64,000 bases of DNA from a bacterium (lineage in GTDB: Bacteria > UBA8248): the NCBI GenBank assembly GCA_965204535.1, contig CBDBEV010000001.1:608001-672000 (forward strand). Direction: 5' to 3'. The notes under the pieces were generated by a model. That model saw only the letters and a list, made by a program, of their open reading frames with translations, made no database searches and had not been told where the DNA came from. The position numbers and the translations under genes are program-made. Below are positions 20,301-29,741 of the stretch, one piece after another (within the stretch, counting starts at the first letter, position 1; every line of letters begins with the position of its first letter).

Positions 20301-21786
20301 CGTCCGTGGATCCGCCTTCCTCATCGAAGCGGCGGACCGTCTCCCAGCCCGATCCGATACGGTAGCGTGCGGAGAGGTGGCGCTCGTGCGCCTCGCCGGC
20401 CAGGACGACGCTCTCAAGCTGCGCGTCGGACAACAAACCCTCGGTGACGACGCCCTCGGGCAGCAGCGGGCGGTGCGCGGGCCTTGGATGCGCGACGGCG
20501 GCCATGGCGGCCGACTGGACGAGCGGCGTGGGATGCGCCACGGCGCCCGGGAGATGGACGACGCCCGGCTTCCAGGGCGCGTAGGGGCCTGCCGTCTCGT
20601 CCTCGCCGCACGGCGGGGCCGCCTCGTATGCGAGCTCCGAGACGGGGCCCGGATCGCGGGCCGCCCCGGAGGTCGGCCGCGCGTCTCGCTTGCGTTTCCT
20701 CTCCTGCCTTGCGGGCCGCGGCGAGGTCGTATTGCCAAATAGATCGGCGGCGGGCTCGGGCGCCATGCGCGGCGGAACACGCGCCGTGACCGCATCGAGC
20801 AGTTCGGCTGCGTCCGCCGCGCGGTCTCCCGGGTCGACGGCGACGCCGGGTTCCCCGCTTTTCTCGATCACGGTGAGCCGGGTGTCGAACGTCGTGCCGC
20901 GCCTCGCGTAGGCGCGCCCGTCGACGCCCATCGTGAAGACGACGCGGGCGGGCGTCTCCAGGGATGAGAAGGCCGCCTTCCAGGCCGCATCGCCCGGGAC
21001 GCAGCCCGCCGACGTGACGGCGACAAGCCGTCCTCCCGGCGCCTGCGCGCAAAAGGCCGAGCGCAGGTGGCGCAGGTCCGCGTCATGACGGACCCGGGCG
21101 ACCCCCGGCGTCGCCGAGAACGGCGGGTTCATGAGGACGACGTTCGGCCGGACCCCCGGGAGGCGGTCGGCGATGGCCTCGGCGTCGTGGCGGGTGACGC
21201 CGGCATTCGGGAAGAGATGAGCGAGGAGGCCGGCGCGGACGTTCGCGATCTCGTTCAGGTGCAGCGTGTCCTCGCGTCCGAGCGCGCACTGCGCCATCAC
21301 GGCGAGCATCCCGGTCCCGGCGCTTGGTTCCAGAACGACGTCGCCTGCCCGGAGCGCCGCCGCCCGCACCGCGGCGTAGGCCAGGCCGAGCGGGGTCGAG
21401 AACTGCTGCAGGCGCACCTGGTCTTCCGAGCGCCTGGTGTGGGAGGGTTCCAGCGCGGACAGTTTTTCCAGCATGGCCAGCATGGCGGCGGGACCCTCCG
21501 CTCCGCCACCGGCCCGGCGGCGCATGGCCCGCCCGTAGCGTTTCAGGAAGAGCACGACGGCGGCTTCCGCCGCCTCGTAGGCGTCCTTCCAGACCCAGGC
21601 GCCCCCGGCGTCGGTGGCGCCGTGTGCGCCCGTCATGGCCTCGCGCAGCGCATTCGCGTCCAGCGGGCGTCCCGCCGCCAGGACGGGCAGCAGGGTCCGG
21701 GCGGCTTCATAGAGCGCATCGGCTTCGGTGGGTTGTGCGGAGCGGGCGGTGCGCGGACGCACCTCCGCCGTCAGGGCTTGCGGCAT
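17371..21786 (-). CDS. Strawberry-notch-like SF2 helicase fused to an N6-adenine methyltransferase-like domain
   Basis: QQFSTP, LEPSAGTG and MNPPF (MTase); LSDAQLE, LGDGTGCGKGRQ, FDESH, YVSATGAT, AGGTGRSYHAD and IQGLGRTHR (helicase). Confidence 0.92.
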   Translation of the reverse strand: MPQALTAEVRPRTARSAQPTEADALYEAARTLLPVLAAGRPLDANALREAMTGAHGATDAGGAWVWKDAYEAAEAAVVLFLKRYGRAMRRRAGGGAEGPAAMLAMLEKLSALEPSHTRRSEDQVRLQQFSTPLGLAYAAVRAAALRAGDVVLEPSAGTGMLAVMAQCALGREDTLHLNEIANVRAGLLAHLFPNAGVTRHDAEAIADRLPGVRPNVVLMNPPFSATPGVARVRHDADLRHLRSAFCAQAPGGRLVAVTSAGCVPGDAAWKAAFSSLETPARVVFTMGVDGRAYARRGTTFDTRLTVIEKSGEPGVAVDPGDRAADAAELLDAVTARVPPRMAPEPAADLFGNTTSPRPARQERKRKRDARPTSGAARDPGPVSELAYEAAPPCGEDETAGPYAPWKPGVVHLPGAVAHPTPLVQSAAMAAVAHPRPAHRPLLPEGVVTEGLLSDAQLESVVLAGEAHERHLSARYRIGSGWETVRRFDEEGGSTDEEAVTEDGEVLSAPVRFRRGWMLGDGTGCGKGRQVAAVILDNMLRGRKRALWLSASANLLEDARRDWCALGGSAEDVIPLGSFRQGADIPHESGVLFATYATLRAPAREGKASRLEQVVAWLAGGLEEEDLHGFGGVIVFDESHAMANAAGSRGSRGAVKPSAQGRAGLRLQNALPGARVLYVSATGATTVTGLAYAGRLGLWGAGETPFENREEFVTAMEAGGVAAMEVVARDLKALGLYQARALSYEGIEVDILEHPLSPEQRRIYDAYAGAFKVIHANLQDALEATGIMQGEETLNKNAKSAALSAFEGAKQRFFGHLLTSMKCPSLIRAVEADLDAGRSAVIQLVSTGEALMERRIAEIPASEWDDLSIDLTPREYVLDFLAHAFPVQLQEPFTDDEGNLMSRPAVDEDGNPVLSQEALAKREALIAKLASLPPVPSALDQIVHRFGHDAVAEVTGRSRRVLRIEDAQGTRHALRPRPASASLAETAAFMDGDKRILVFSMAGGTGRSYHADLSAANTQRRVHYLLEPGWRADQAIQGLGRTHRTHQASAPLFRPVTTDVKGEKRFIATIARRLDSLGAITRGQRNSQTAMAGSEATLFRAGDNLESPYARAALRQFYGALWRGGLPGWSLERFEEATGLKLTYEGSLKEDLPPMPRFLNRLLALPIAEQNALFAELESRVESNIEAAVEAGTYEVGVETLSADSLTAAGSETLYTHPGTGAETGLVEILRRDRLVPVTAAAALETAGKSGATALVVNARSGRAAVVLPAPSMLFDDGGVQERARLLRPAAREGVARAELDASNWREAGETEWRSLWEEEVASLPSHRESRFWLVTGLLLPVWDRLGAENMRVRRLATDAGEAMIGRALDATGVRAVRAAFGLDGGPSLGPDEAFDAVMGRGEVLTLANGWRLTRRRVMGAQRLEIEGPDDRRLTALKRAGCTVEIISWRARVFAPDAAVLGRVLEERPLAD

Positions 21787-21904
21787 GGCTCTCTCCTCGG
21801 TTGTCGTGGGAATGAGGGAGGGCGCCCCCGGGGGATCGCTCCCCCGGGACCTCCCGGAACGCCCCGGCCGGCCTCTCTCGGCCTCTACCTGGTGTGAATG
21901 GAGG

Positions 21905-22222
21905 TCAGGTCCGGCCGGCGTTCCTGAGCTTCGTGACGAGGCCTTCGATCATGGCGGCGTCTGCGCCGCAGGCCTCGCCCCAGCCTCTCAGGTTGCGCTC
22001 GAATTCCGCGAGGCTGCCGAGATGGGCGTTGAAGAAGGGATCGGCGTCCGTGGCCGCGAGGACGCTGTCCCCCGCGATCGCGACGCCCGTGATGGCGGGC
22101 TCCGTCACGGGCGGCAGCTCCAGCAGCCAGCAGAGAAATGCCGCGAACATCGGCGAGAGGCCTTCCCCGCGCCGGGGGTCCATGGGGTGTGTGGTCGCAG
22201 TCCGGGATTCGGTGTCGGGCAT
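21905..22222 (-). CDS. Hypothetical protein
   Basis: AGGAGAG RBS; co-oriented within the module. Confidence 0.55.
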   Translation of the reverse strand: MPDTESRTATTHPMDPRRGEGLSPMFAAFLCWLLELPPVTEPAITGVAIAGDSVLAATDADPFFNAHLGSLAEFERNLRGWGEACGADAAMIEGLVTKLRNAGRT

Positions 22223-22283
22223 GGTTCTCTCCTGTGTGGATAAGGAAATGCGCCCCGCCGGAGCCGGGCATCGCAGAGGCTAG

Positions 22284-22664
22284 TCAGCCGGCGACGGCCT
22301 TCCCGCGTCCGGCGGTGTCGAGCTCGGGGCCGTATTCGACGATCCGGCCCGCGGCGCGGGCGGCCTCGGCGTAGGCGGAGAGGGTGAATTTCGCCTCGAA
22401 GTACAGGTCGCGCTCGATACCCAGGCCGAACGGCCCCTTGAAGGCTTCGAGCTCACTGAGAGAAAAACTCCCGACTTCCGGTGTGCCGAAGCCGAGATCG
22501 GCGAGCCCGAAGGCTATGGACTCATCCTCGGGATCGAGTTCGGTCACGAGCCAGGTCCCTGCGCCGCAGGGATTGAACAGCTTGACCACGGGGACGTGAT
22601 CGGCGCCGCGCCTGGCGCCGTTTGCGAGCAATTGCTCGCGTTGTTCCGGTGTGACGAGTTCCAT
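22284..22664 (-). CDS. DUF2958 domain protein
   Basis: DHVPVVKLFNPCGAGTWLVTELDP…FGLADLGFGTPEVGSFSLSEL…IERDLYF. Confidence 0.88.
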   Translation of the reverse strand: MELVTPEQREQLLANGARRGADHVPVVKLFNPCGAGTWLVTELDPEDESIAFGLADLGFGTPEVGSFSLSELEAFKGPFGLGIERDLYFEAKFTLSAYAEAARAAGRIVEYGPELDTAGRGKAVAG

Positions 22665-22718
22665 CGGTGTTCTCCTTTACTTGCAGGATGGATGTGGGAA
22701 GACCTGATTGCGTGATGC

Positions 22719-23192
22719 TCAGAAACCGAGAAACCGGACCCGCGCCCGGCCCCCGGTAACGGTGCAGTCGGGCGCGCCGTCCGGGCGGCGGCGGATCGTC
22801 ACGAGCGGCTTGTTGCGGGGCGGGTGGGGCGGATCGGATAGCTCGCTCGTGATCGTGGCGCCGGGTGTCTCGAAGCGGAGCAGGACCCGCCCCCGGGACA
22901 CCTCGACGGCGCCGCCGCCCGGCCGGCCGGGGTCGGTCAGGGTGATGACCGGCGGCTCGCCCCGCTCGGTGAACCGGTCGGGGACCGGCCATTCCGCGTC
23001 CGGGTCCCGGGAATCGGCGCCCTCCCGGACGTCGTCCACGAACACCCTGCGGCAACGTACGTCCGCCCCCCGGTCCGCATGGGCTTTCTCGACGGCCTTT
23101 TCCAGCGCCTCCTCCAGGGTCTCCGCCTCCACGGTGAACGGATCGGTGAAGCGGGCCGCGTATCCGCACCGGACGGTCCAGGTCTTTTTCAT
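22719..23192 (-). CDS. Hypothetical protein
   Basis: GAGGAGGT RBS; ATGA-coupled to the upstream GHKL gene. Confidence 0.6.
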   Translation of the reverse strand: MKKTWTVRCGYAARFTDPFTVEAETLEEALEKAVEKAHADRGADVRCRRVFVDDVREGADSRDPDAEWPVPDRFTERGEPPVITLTDPGRPGGGAVEVSRGRVLLRFETPGATITSELSDPPHPPRNKPLVTIRRRPDGAPDCTVTGGRARVRFLGF

Positions 23193-24913
23193 GGGGATAC
23201 CTCCTCTTCGGCCAGGTCGACCCCGACGGCGCCGCCTCGCACGGTGATGGTGACGGCGCGCTCATTGGGAATGAGCCAGAACAGTTCGCGCCGCACCGCG
23301 CAGGCGATCGTGCGCCTGAGCGCCTCCTCTTCCGAGCACAAAAGGCCGATGGCCAGGTGCAGGGCTTCCTCCTCGAAGCGCGCGCGCTGGGTTTCCCAGC
23401 TGTCCGCGTCCGACTCGTCCGACGGCGAGAACCAGGCGTCGCGCAGGACGTCGGCGAGTTCGGCGGGCTCGATGGCGCTGTCGGCCGTGACCAGCGGCTC
23501 CACGTCCGCGAGCCAGGCCCAGGCCTCGCCCGCGAAGACGAGGTCGGCGTCGAGCGCGATGGTGTCGCTCGTCCCGTCCGGGTCCTCGACGTCGAGACTC
23601 ATGCGGATCGCATCGGGGCGCGGCAGCGGCTCACCGGAGGGACTCGACCGGTCGGAGATGGTCTGAAAATCCTCGAGGGGACGGGCCTCGCCGCCGAGCG
23701 CGACATCGGTCCGGACGTCCTTGACGCGCGGGAGGGCGTCGTACCAGGGGTAGCCCTCGAACCTGCGGTCGCTCTCGAACAGACGCGGCGCCGTCCCGCC
23801 GCGTTCCGCCGCGCGCCAGAGCGCCTGCGCTTCGGGGGGTCCGAGTTCCGCATCCATCAGGAGCGCGTCTGCGGGCAGGGGTGCGGGCGAGGGTCCCGCG
23901 AGCCAGTTGTCGATATCGGCGACGGGAGGCCGCCAGGGGCGCAGCGCGGGCGAAGGCGCCGGCAGTTCGACCCCTGCCGTACGCGCGCGCCGCCATTCCT
24001 CGAATGCGATGACCGGCGCGGTCTCCGCCATGGCCATCGCCCGGTAGATCGCGACCCGCGCCGCTTCGCGCATGTCTTGCAGGAAGGGCGTCTCGACCGC
24101 CTCCTTCCGCGCCGGCAGGACGAGTTCGAGTTCCGGGCAGTTCGCGACCTCGGCGCGTACCGACCAGGCCGGGCCGTCGACGGGGTGCACCGTGGGCAGG
24201 CGCACGGGCAGGACCAGGCCGTGGAAATTCAAGTCCGGTTCATCCCGGTAGCGGCTTCTGTTCGCGAAGACGCCGAAGGCGAGCCCGCGCCAGGATTCGG
24301 TGTGAACGGCGTTTTCGAGAAAATCCCGGCGCGGGAGGGATCCGCCGTCAAGCATGACCGGGAGCGGGTAGTGCCGGGCCGCGTTTTCGAGCGCGCGCCG
24401 GATTACCTCGCGGTTCTCTTCCGTACGGAAACGGACCGTCGTCCCGTGGGGTTCCGGTGTATCGGCGCCTGAGAGGACTTCCGCCTCCGCCTCTCCACGG
24501 AAGTGGGCGGGCGTGAGTTCGACGCGCCAGCCGGGGGCCGTCTCTCCACTGGCGGCGCGAGGACGCGACGCGACCGTGCAGCCGCGGCGCGCCAGGCTCA
24601 AAAACCCCATCCCCGCCGCGTCCTCGCGCCTCACCAGTTCTTCGCTCCAGCCGTTCTCGCCGAAGGAGAGCAACACGGCGGGGTCGGCGATCCCGCCCCC
24701 GTCGTCGGTGATGGTGACGGCCTGCGAACCGGAGGCCTCCTCGATGGTGACGCGGAGGCGCGACGCCCCCGCACGGCGGCTGTTCTGCAGCGCCTCGGTA
24801 AAGACGTCGGCGAGCCGCGCCGTGTACATCCTCGTGACGCGATGAAGGGCGCCCTCGTGGATCCGGGCGCAGACCCGCTTGGGCAGCGGTGAAACATTCG
24901 GTGTGTCGTTCAT
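23189..24913 (-). CDS. GHKL (HATPase_c) ATP-binding protein of the ICE backbone
   Basis: EALQNSRRAGA, ITDDGGGI, AAGMGFLSL and HGTTVRF. RBS AAGGAG. Confidence 0.8.
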   Translation of the reverse strand: MNDTPNVSPLPKRVCARIHEGALHRVTRMYTARLADVFTEALQNSRRAGASRLRVTIEEASGSQAVTITDDGGGIADPAVLLSFGENGWSEELVRREDAAGMGFLSLARRGCTVASRPRAASGETAPGWRVELTPAHFRGEAEAEVLSGADTPEPHGTTVRFRTEENREVIRRALENAARHYPLPVMLDGGSLPRRDFLENAVHTESWRGLAFGVFANRSRYRDEPDLNFHGLVLPVRLPTVHPVDGPAWSVRAEVANCPELELVLPARKEAVETPFLQDMREAARVAIYRAMAMAETAPVIAFEEWRRARTAGVELPAPSPALRPWRPPVADIDNWLAGPSPAPLPADALLMDAELGPPEAQALWRAAERGGTAPRLFESDRRFEGYPWYDALPRVKDVRTDVALGGEARPLEDFQTISDRSSPSGEPLPRPDAIRMSLDVEDPDGTSDTIALDADLVFAGEAWAWLADVEPLVTADSAIEPAELADVLRDAWFSPSDESDADSWETQRARFEEEALHLAIGLLCSEEEALRRTIACAVRRELFWLIPNERAVTITVRGGAVGVDLAEEEVSP

Positions 24914-24941
24914 GTCATGGACTCCTTTAGACGTGAAAACG

Positions 24942-24975
24942 AAAAAAGCGCCCCGCAGCAAATGCCGCGGGGCGC
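24942..24975 (-). terminator. Rho-independent terminator after parB
   Basis: Minus strand GCGCCCCGCGGC…GCTGCGGGGCGC followed by TTTTTT. Confidence 0.6.
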
Positions 24976-24997
24976 CGTGATGGAACGGGGATGCGAC

Positions 24998-27286
24998 TCA
25001 GCGCAGGAATTCGGGGACGTCGTTCTCCTCGCCGCCCTGGCCGTTTGCGAGATCGATCCCGTGCACGATCACCCTCGGGCTACCGTCCGCGGTGGGGATC
25101 GCGTTCATCGCGTCGACCGCCCGGGCGATTTCCCCGCCCGAGGGGGCGTCGCCGCCGGTGGCATCGTCTGCGGCGGGGCCTGATTCCGCGCCGGCGGGAG
25201 CGTCGCCGACGTCTGCGCCGGAGGCCTCTTCATCAACGGCTTGAGGTTCTGCTTCTTCGGCCGGCGGGTCTTCCTCGACGGCCTCCCCCACCAAACCCGC
25301 ATCGAAGGGCGCGAACCCCGGCGGCGTCCACGCCAGGACGGCCCGGACCCTCGGGGTCAGATTCTCGGGCGGGTCGGCGGTGAAGGCTTCTTCCATCGCC
25401 AGGGCGAGGTCGGCTTTCTTGTACTTCGCGCGGGCGGAGGTCCAGACGGGCCCCAGCGTCGCGCGCGCGATGGCGAGGATGCGGGCCTTGGTGATGCGAG
25501 ACCAGAACATCGCGGCGGAAGGACGCACGTGCTTCGCGAAGTCGACGTCGAGGCGGGCTATCGTGGCCTCGAGTACGGGCCGGGCGTCGGGCTCGAAAGC
25601 GAGCTGTCCCTTGAGCGAGCGCGCGACCGCCGCCGCGTAGATGGCTTCTTTCTCTACTTTAGGCAGCGCCCGCATCTCCGCGAAGGCGGCGTCTTCGTCC
25701 TCGTTCTCCAACCAGCCCAGGGAGAGGCCCGGACGTTCCGCGAGCATGGCCTCGCCGGGACTCCAGGCGGCGAAGTCCTCGTCGTTCGCCCGCGACGGCG
25801 GCCTGTCGGCGGTCTCCTTGAAGACGATGTCGAGGGCCCCCGCCATGTGGTCATCGGCGAACGCGGCCCGGGCGAACTGGAAGAGCGTCAGGTCGAAGGC
25901 CGCCTCGAAGTCCCCCGACAGGTGCGCCTTGACGAGCGTCGTGCGGACGGCGCGCAAATCGTCGGCGAGTCCGATCCCGACCCCCGTCTCCTTGCGGACC
26001 TTCGCGCGCGGGTCGGGCGGCGCCGCGAGCGGCGCGTCCACGCGGCCCGGACCGGCGCCGTTCGCCTCGCCCGCGTCCGTGCGCTCGGGCATGTCCTCGG
26101 GCCTCACGAGGCCCTCGACTATCTTGAGCTCGCCGTCATGGCCGACCGTGGCGATGCAGCCCGCCAACTCGTAATCGCCCGGCTGGAACGCGGCCCGCGC
26201 GTTCACGGCTTCGTCGATCGCCCGCAGACGCGCCTCGATCGCTTCGGCCTCCTGGCCGAGTTCTTCGGTCCAGTCGTCCTCATACAATTCGACGAGTTCG
26301 CCGTGGCGGGCCCACAGCCTCTCCCGCTCGGCCTTCTCCTCATCGGTGGGAGCGCCCGGCTCGGGGCTGATTCGCCCGAAGCCCGAGATTGCGCTCCAGT
26401 CGGCTTCTACCACCGCCTCGGCCCACTTCCAGCGCTTCTTCAGTTCATCCGCCGCTACGCGGAGCTTCTCTGTAGCGAGTTCGTTCAGGAGGGCGGGGTC
26501 GTCGAACCACATTCCCCGGGCGTCCTCTTCGGCGAACAGGTCCCGCGTGAGCGTCCCGCCCGCCGCCTCGTAGGCCTCGGTCCCGACGAAACGCGCCACG
26601 GCCGATACGGCGGGGACGTTCTCCTCGGTCAGCATGCGCCTCACCTGCCAGCCGCTGAGACGGTAGCCCTGGTCCTTCACCTGCTCCCAGACCGCCATCT
26701 GCCGGACGTGGTCGGTCGTGACCGTGAAGGCTTTCAGGGTGTCCAGGTCCATCTCTTCGGCCCGGTAGGCGTCGAGCAGTTCGGGCGCGGCGCCGCCGAG
26801 ACTCAGGCGCTGCTCGACCATGCGCTCCGTCATGCCGAAGCGCGCCGCGATCGCGGATACGGATATCCCCGCGTTCGCGAGCTTCCCGAACGCGACCACC
26901 TGGTCGGCGGGGTGCATGGCGATACGCACCACGTTCTCGGCGAGGGAGAACTCTTCCGCGTTCTCCGACGCGCCGATCACACGGCAGGGAACGGGGTGGT
27001 CCGTGTCGAGGACACCCTCTTCGGCCAGGGCATTCATGGCGGCGAGGCGGCATCCGCCTGCGACCACGGCGCAGCGCTCGATAGAAGCCTGCCCCGGATT
27101 CGATCCGGGGTCTTCTCCGGGGTGCTCAATTCTTACGATCAGGTTCTCCAGCAGGTCGTGGGCCGCGATGGAGGCCTTGAGCTCCGCGAAGAAGACGGGG
27201 TCGGGCGGGGTCTTGCGGACGTTCTCCGGCGCGAGTTCCAGCCGGTTGAGCGGAATGGAACGGATAAGCGGTTCAGCCTGAGCCAT
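24998..27286 (-). CDS. Large ParB/Spo0J-family protein of ICE/plasmid leading regions
   Basis: IPLNRL…NVRKT, LKASIAAHDLLENLIV, VVAGGCRLAA, SLAENVVR…MHPADQ and YEAAGG…RDLF. RBS AGGAGG. Confidence 0.88.
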   Translation of the reverse strand: MAQAEPLIRSIPLNRLELAPENVRKTPPDPVFFAELKASIAAHDLLENLIVRIEHPGEDPGSNPGQASIERCAVVAGGCRLAAMNALAEEGVLDTDHPVPCRVIGASENAEEFSLAENVVRIAMHPADQVVAFGKLANAGISVSAIAARFGMTERMVEQRLSLGGAAPELLDAYRAEEMDLDTLKAFTVTTDHVRQMAVWEQVKDQGYRLSGWQVRRMLTEENVPAVSAVARFVGTEAYEAAGGTLTRDLFAEEDARGMWFDDPALLNELATEKLRVAADELKKRWKWAEAVVEADWSAISGFGRISPEPGAPTDEEKAERERLWARHGELVELYEDDWTEELGQEAEAIEARLRAIDEAVNARAAFQPGDYELAGCIATVGHDGELKIVEGLVRPEDMPERTDAGEANGAGPGRVDAPLAAPPDPRAKVRKETGVGIGLADDLRAVRTTLVKAHLSGDFEAAFDLTLFQFARAAFADDHMAGALDIVFKETADRPPSRANDEDFAAWSPGEAMLAERPGLSLGWLENEDEDAAFAEMRALPKVEKEAIYAAAVARSLKGQLAFEPDARPVLEATIARLDVDFAKHVRPSAAMFWSRITKARILAIARATLGPVWTSARAKYKKADLALAMEEAFTADPPENLTPRVRAVLAWTPPGFAPFDAGLVGEAVEEDPPAEEAEPQAVDEEASGADVGDAPAGAESGPAADDATGGDAPSGGEIARAVDAMNAIPTADGSPRVIVHGIDLANGQGGEENDVPEFLR

Positions 27287-28026
27287 ACGAATTTCCTCCT
27301 GTGGATGGGATGGGAACGTACGCCGGGAACCCCCTCGGACTCCCGGATTACGCCCCCACTCCACCTGCCACTCTACCTCCTGGCGGGGTGCGGCGGGGCC
27401 TTTAGGTGGATTGCGGGAGATATGGGGCCAGGCGGCAAGTCGGTTCAGCAGGGAATGTGTGGTGGCGCTAGTGTGCCGTGAAAGACGTGGCCCAAGGGAT
27501 GGCACCCTCGACGCTGGGGTCGACGATATTCGAGAATACGAACTCTGTTATACAGCCCTCGGAGCCTAGCATAGCATCGATTACGGAGGTTGATGGATGG
27601 AAACTGGGCTCGAGGGAGCTGGAAAAATGCTACGCTTGCCCGGATTGTTTCCTGGTATTAAGGCATGCAATCGATGCAGCGTAAAAGGTACAAAGTACAG
27701 AATTGATCACTTCCACAGAGATTGTGGACGACTGTACGCTTGACCGAGCTAGAGTTTGATGGAATACGGTTTCGGAACGATTACTGGTTACGAGAGCGTT
27801 ATTCAGGGTGTTTGAGGAAATTCACTGAAGCTGCTCATCCGTGGCGAAAGTCATGAGTCCACACATCGTTGAGTCGGGCCCGGATGTGCCGCTGAGTTAG
27901 GTGACAGGAGAACCCTGGTGTCATAACACGTGCGATACTTCTTTCCAATACACGGACGCTACGGCGCTCCAATCCGAAAGTCATTCATTGAGTAGAGTGT
28001 TCCTAGAATCTTAGCATCCTTTACTG

Positions 28027-28992
28027 CTATTCTTGGAGAGGTCGGATTAGGGCGTCCCACAAGAATTCAGCGCATCCCTGCATGGACAGCTTCGGATCTC
28101 CATGGTTGCCAAACGCCATCAATCCCATGGGCTTTAGGAAAAGTACCTGGTCATCATGATCGACCGATATACTCTCGTTCCAGCTATTAGAGTCACCTTG
28201 CTCGCCATGAGAAAAGCGGATATCACCGTTTCCGAAATCTTGGCCAATATAGACTGTGCAAGCAGCAATCTTGCTTCCACCTTGATAGATTGCAGCAGTA
28301 AAACGATTTTTGCCTAAGCAGCGTAGACGACTTTCAATCCCTGGATTTCTTTCTGAAAGTTCATCTAGAGAGTTTTTGAAGAAATTGACTAGATATGCGA
28401 AGGCTTCGTGTAGAAAATCATCCCGATCCTGCTCTGTGAAGGACTTCGCGATACGAAGGTTGGAAGAGCGGGGGCTAGAGTGTGTTTCCGACGAACCGGG
28501 CGTATACGGTATCGCTAGTCTTGTCTCACTATGTTGGTCCGCCCTAGTCGTTTCCAGGTCAGCCAAAGTTTTCTTGATTCCCTGAACAACGCTCAGGAAG
28601 GCTTCGTCAATGTTTGCCCAAAGCGTTATCGGTTTGCCGTCGGTAGGTAGGGCCAGTAGATTTCCGAAAGGTAAGTCATGCCAATCGCAAGGCCGAAGGA
28701 CGACCGGAATCACCCGCACCTCATTCGCTGTGTGACGTTCGAGTGCTCGTTCAGTCTCGATTCCGTAACAATAGCGCGAAGCGATATAATCGGAGCTGAT
28801 CAACAACAAGATAACCTTGGCGTCTTCAAGTTCTGTTGAGATCGCGTTTTCGAAGTCATCGCCTGGGGCAATACGACGGTCATGCCATGTATTAATCTGA
28901 CCCTGATGCTTGAGGGCAGCGAGATGAACCTCAAGTTGATCACGCAACCCTTCGTCGGCGTGGCTGTAGGAGAAGAAAAGTTTAACTGACAT
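28027..28992 (-). CDS. TIR-domain protein (TIR_2-like) with uncharacterised C-terminal domain
   Basis: LFFSYSHADE, WHDRRIAPG, ILLLISSDYIASRYCYGIE (catalytic-type Glu) and VIPVVLRPCDW. Confidence 0.88.
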   Translation of the reverse strand: MSVKLFFSYSHADEGLRDQLEVHLAALKHQGQINTWHDRRIAPGDDFENAISTELEDAKVILLLISSDYIASRYCYGIETERALERHTANEVRVIPVVLRPCDWHDLPFGNLLALPTDGKPITLWANIDEAFLSVVQGIKKTLADLETTRADQHSETRLAIPYTPGSSETHSSPRSSNLRIAKSFTEQDRDDFLHEAFAYLVNFFKNSLDELSERNPGIESRLRCLGKNRFTAAIYQGGSKIAACTVYIGQDFGNGDIRFSHGEQGDSNSWNESISVDHDDQVLFLKPMGLMAFGNHGDPKLSMQGCAEFLWDALIRPLQE

Positions 28993-29741
28993 CACTTTGG
29001 CCAACATTAGCGAACAATTTGTAAAATCTAGTGGACACCATATTATTTATGCTTATGCACTTTGTTTCCTCCTGGTTTCTGTCTTTTCAGGAGACTGCCC
29101 AATCCCTGTTCAAGCTTTCCAACCAAACCCTCATCTCCCAAGGGCCTGTCTGTTATCTAATGAAGTCGTATATTCCGGAGCAACTTTTCGGACATCTTAG
29201 CCAGAAGAAAGACCCTCCAATTCTTGAATATTACAGGTAGGGTTTGATCTTCACCCGCTCGTTTCCCCTACCTGAGATATGCGTCCCTAGATCATGTGAT
29301 GGGGAAACCTTGGCGCCACGATCAGTGCGCCCCTTTCTATGCAAGGACGCTACAGCGCACCGATCCGAATGTCAATAATAAAGAATGATGTCCCAAGAAT
29401 CCTGAGATACCAAGCAACTTTGTCAAGCACTTAGAACGGAATACAGAAATCTCGTAGTCAGTGGTACAACTATTTGGGGGAGATCAAAGTTGAGTACCGA
29501 TGAATACAGGGAGAGAGTCCATTACTTGGATGGTGATGGGCGCTCCGGCTTTGACGCCACGAACGAAGGGCAATGGAAAAAGCGCATATCGGCCAGAAGG
29601 TGGCCTGGGTCCGCTTAGGCAGCAATCGACATGGGTCGCCAATTGGTCATGTCTGTGGTTAAGACCATTGAGATCGTTAGGTATCCAATTCGCAAAATCA
29701 ATTTTGCCACTACATTTGCCGCAAGAAGCTGGAGTTAGAAA

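Noticed and set aside
10743-27481. Many long ORFs opposite or overlapping real genes (e.g. 10743-12236 -, 12477-14045 +, 17287-18981 +, 25241-27481 +)
   Set aside because: Shadow frames of GC-rich genes; no motifs, and they overlap well-supported CDSs.
28027-28992. Calling the TIR gene a Thoeris system
   Set aside because: No ThsA-type effector adjacent. The SLOG-like DUF2493 gene is 15 kb away and belongs to the backbone.
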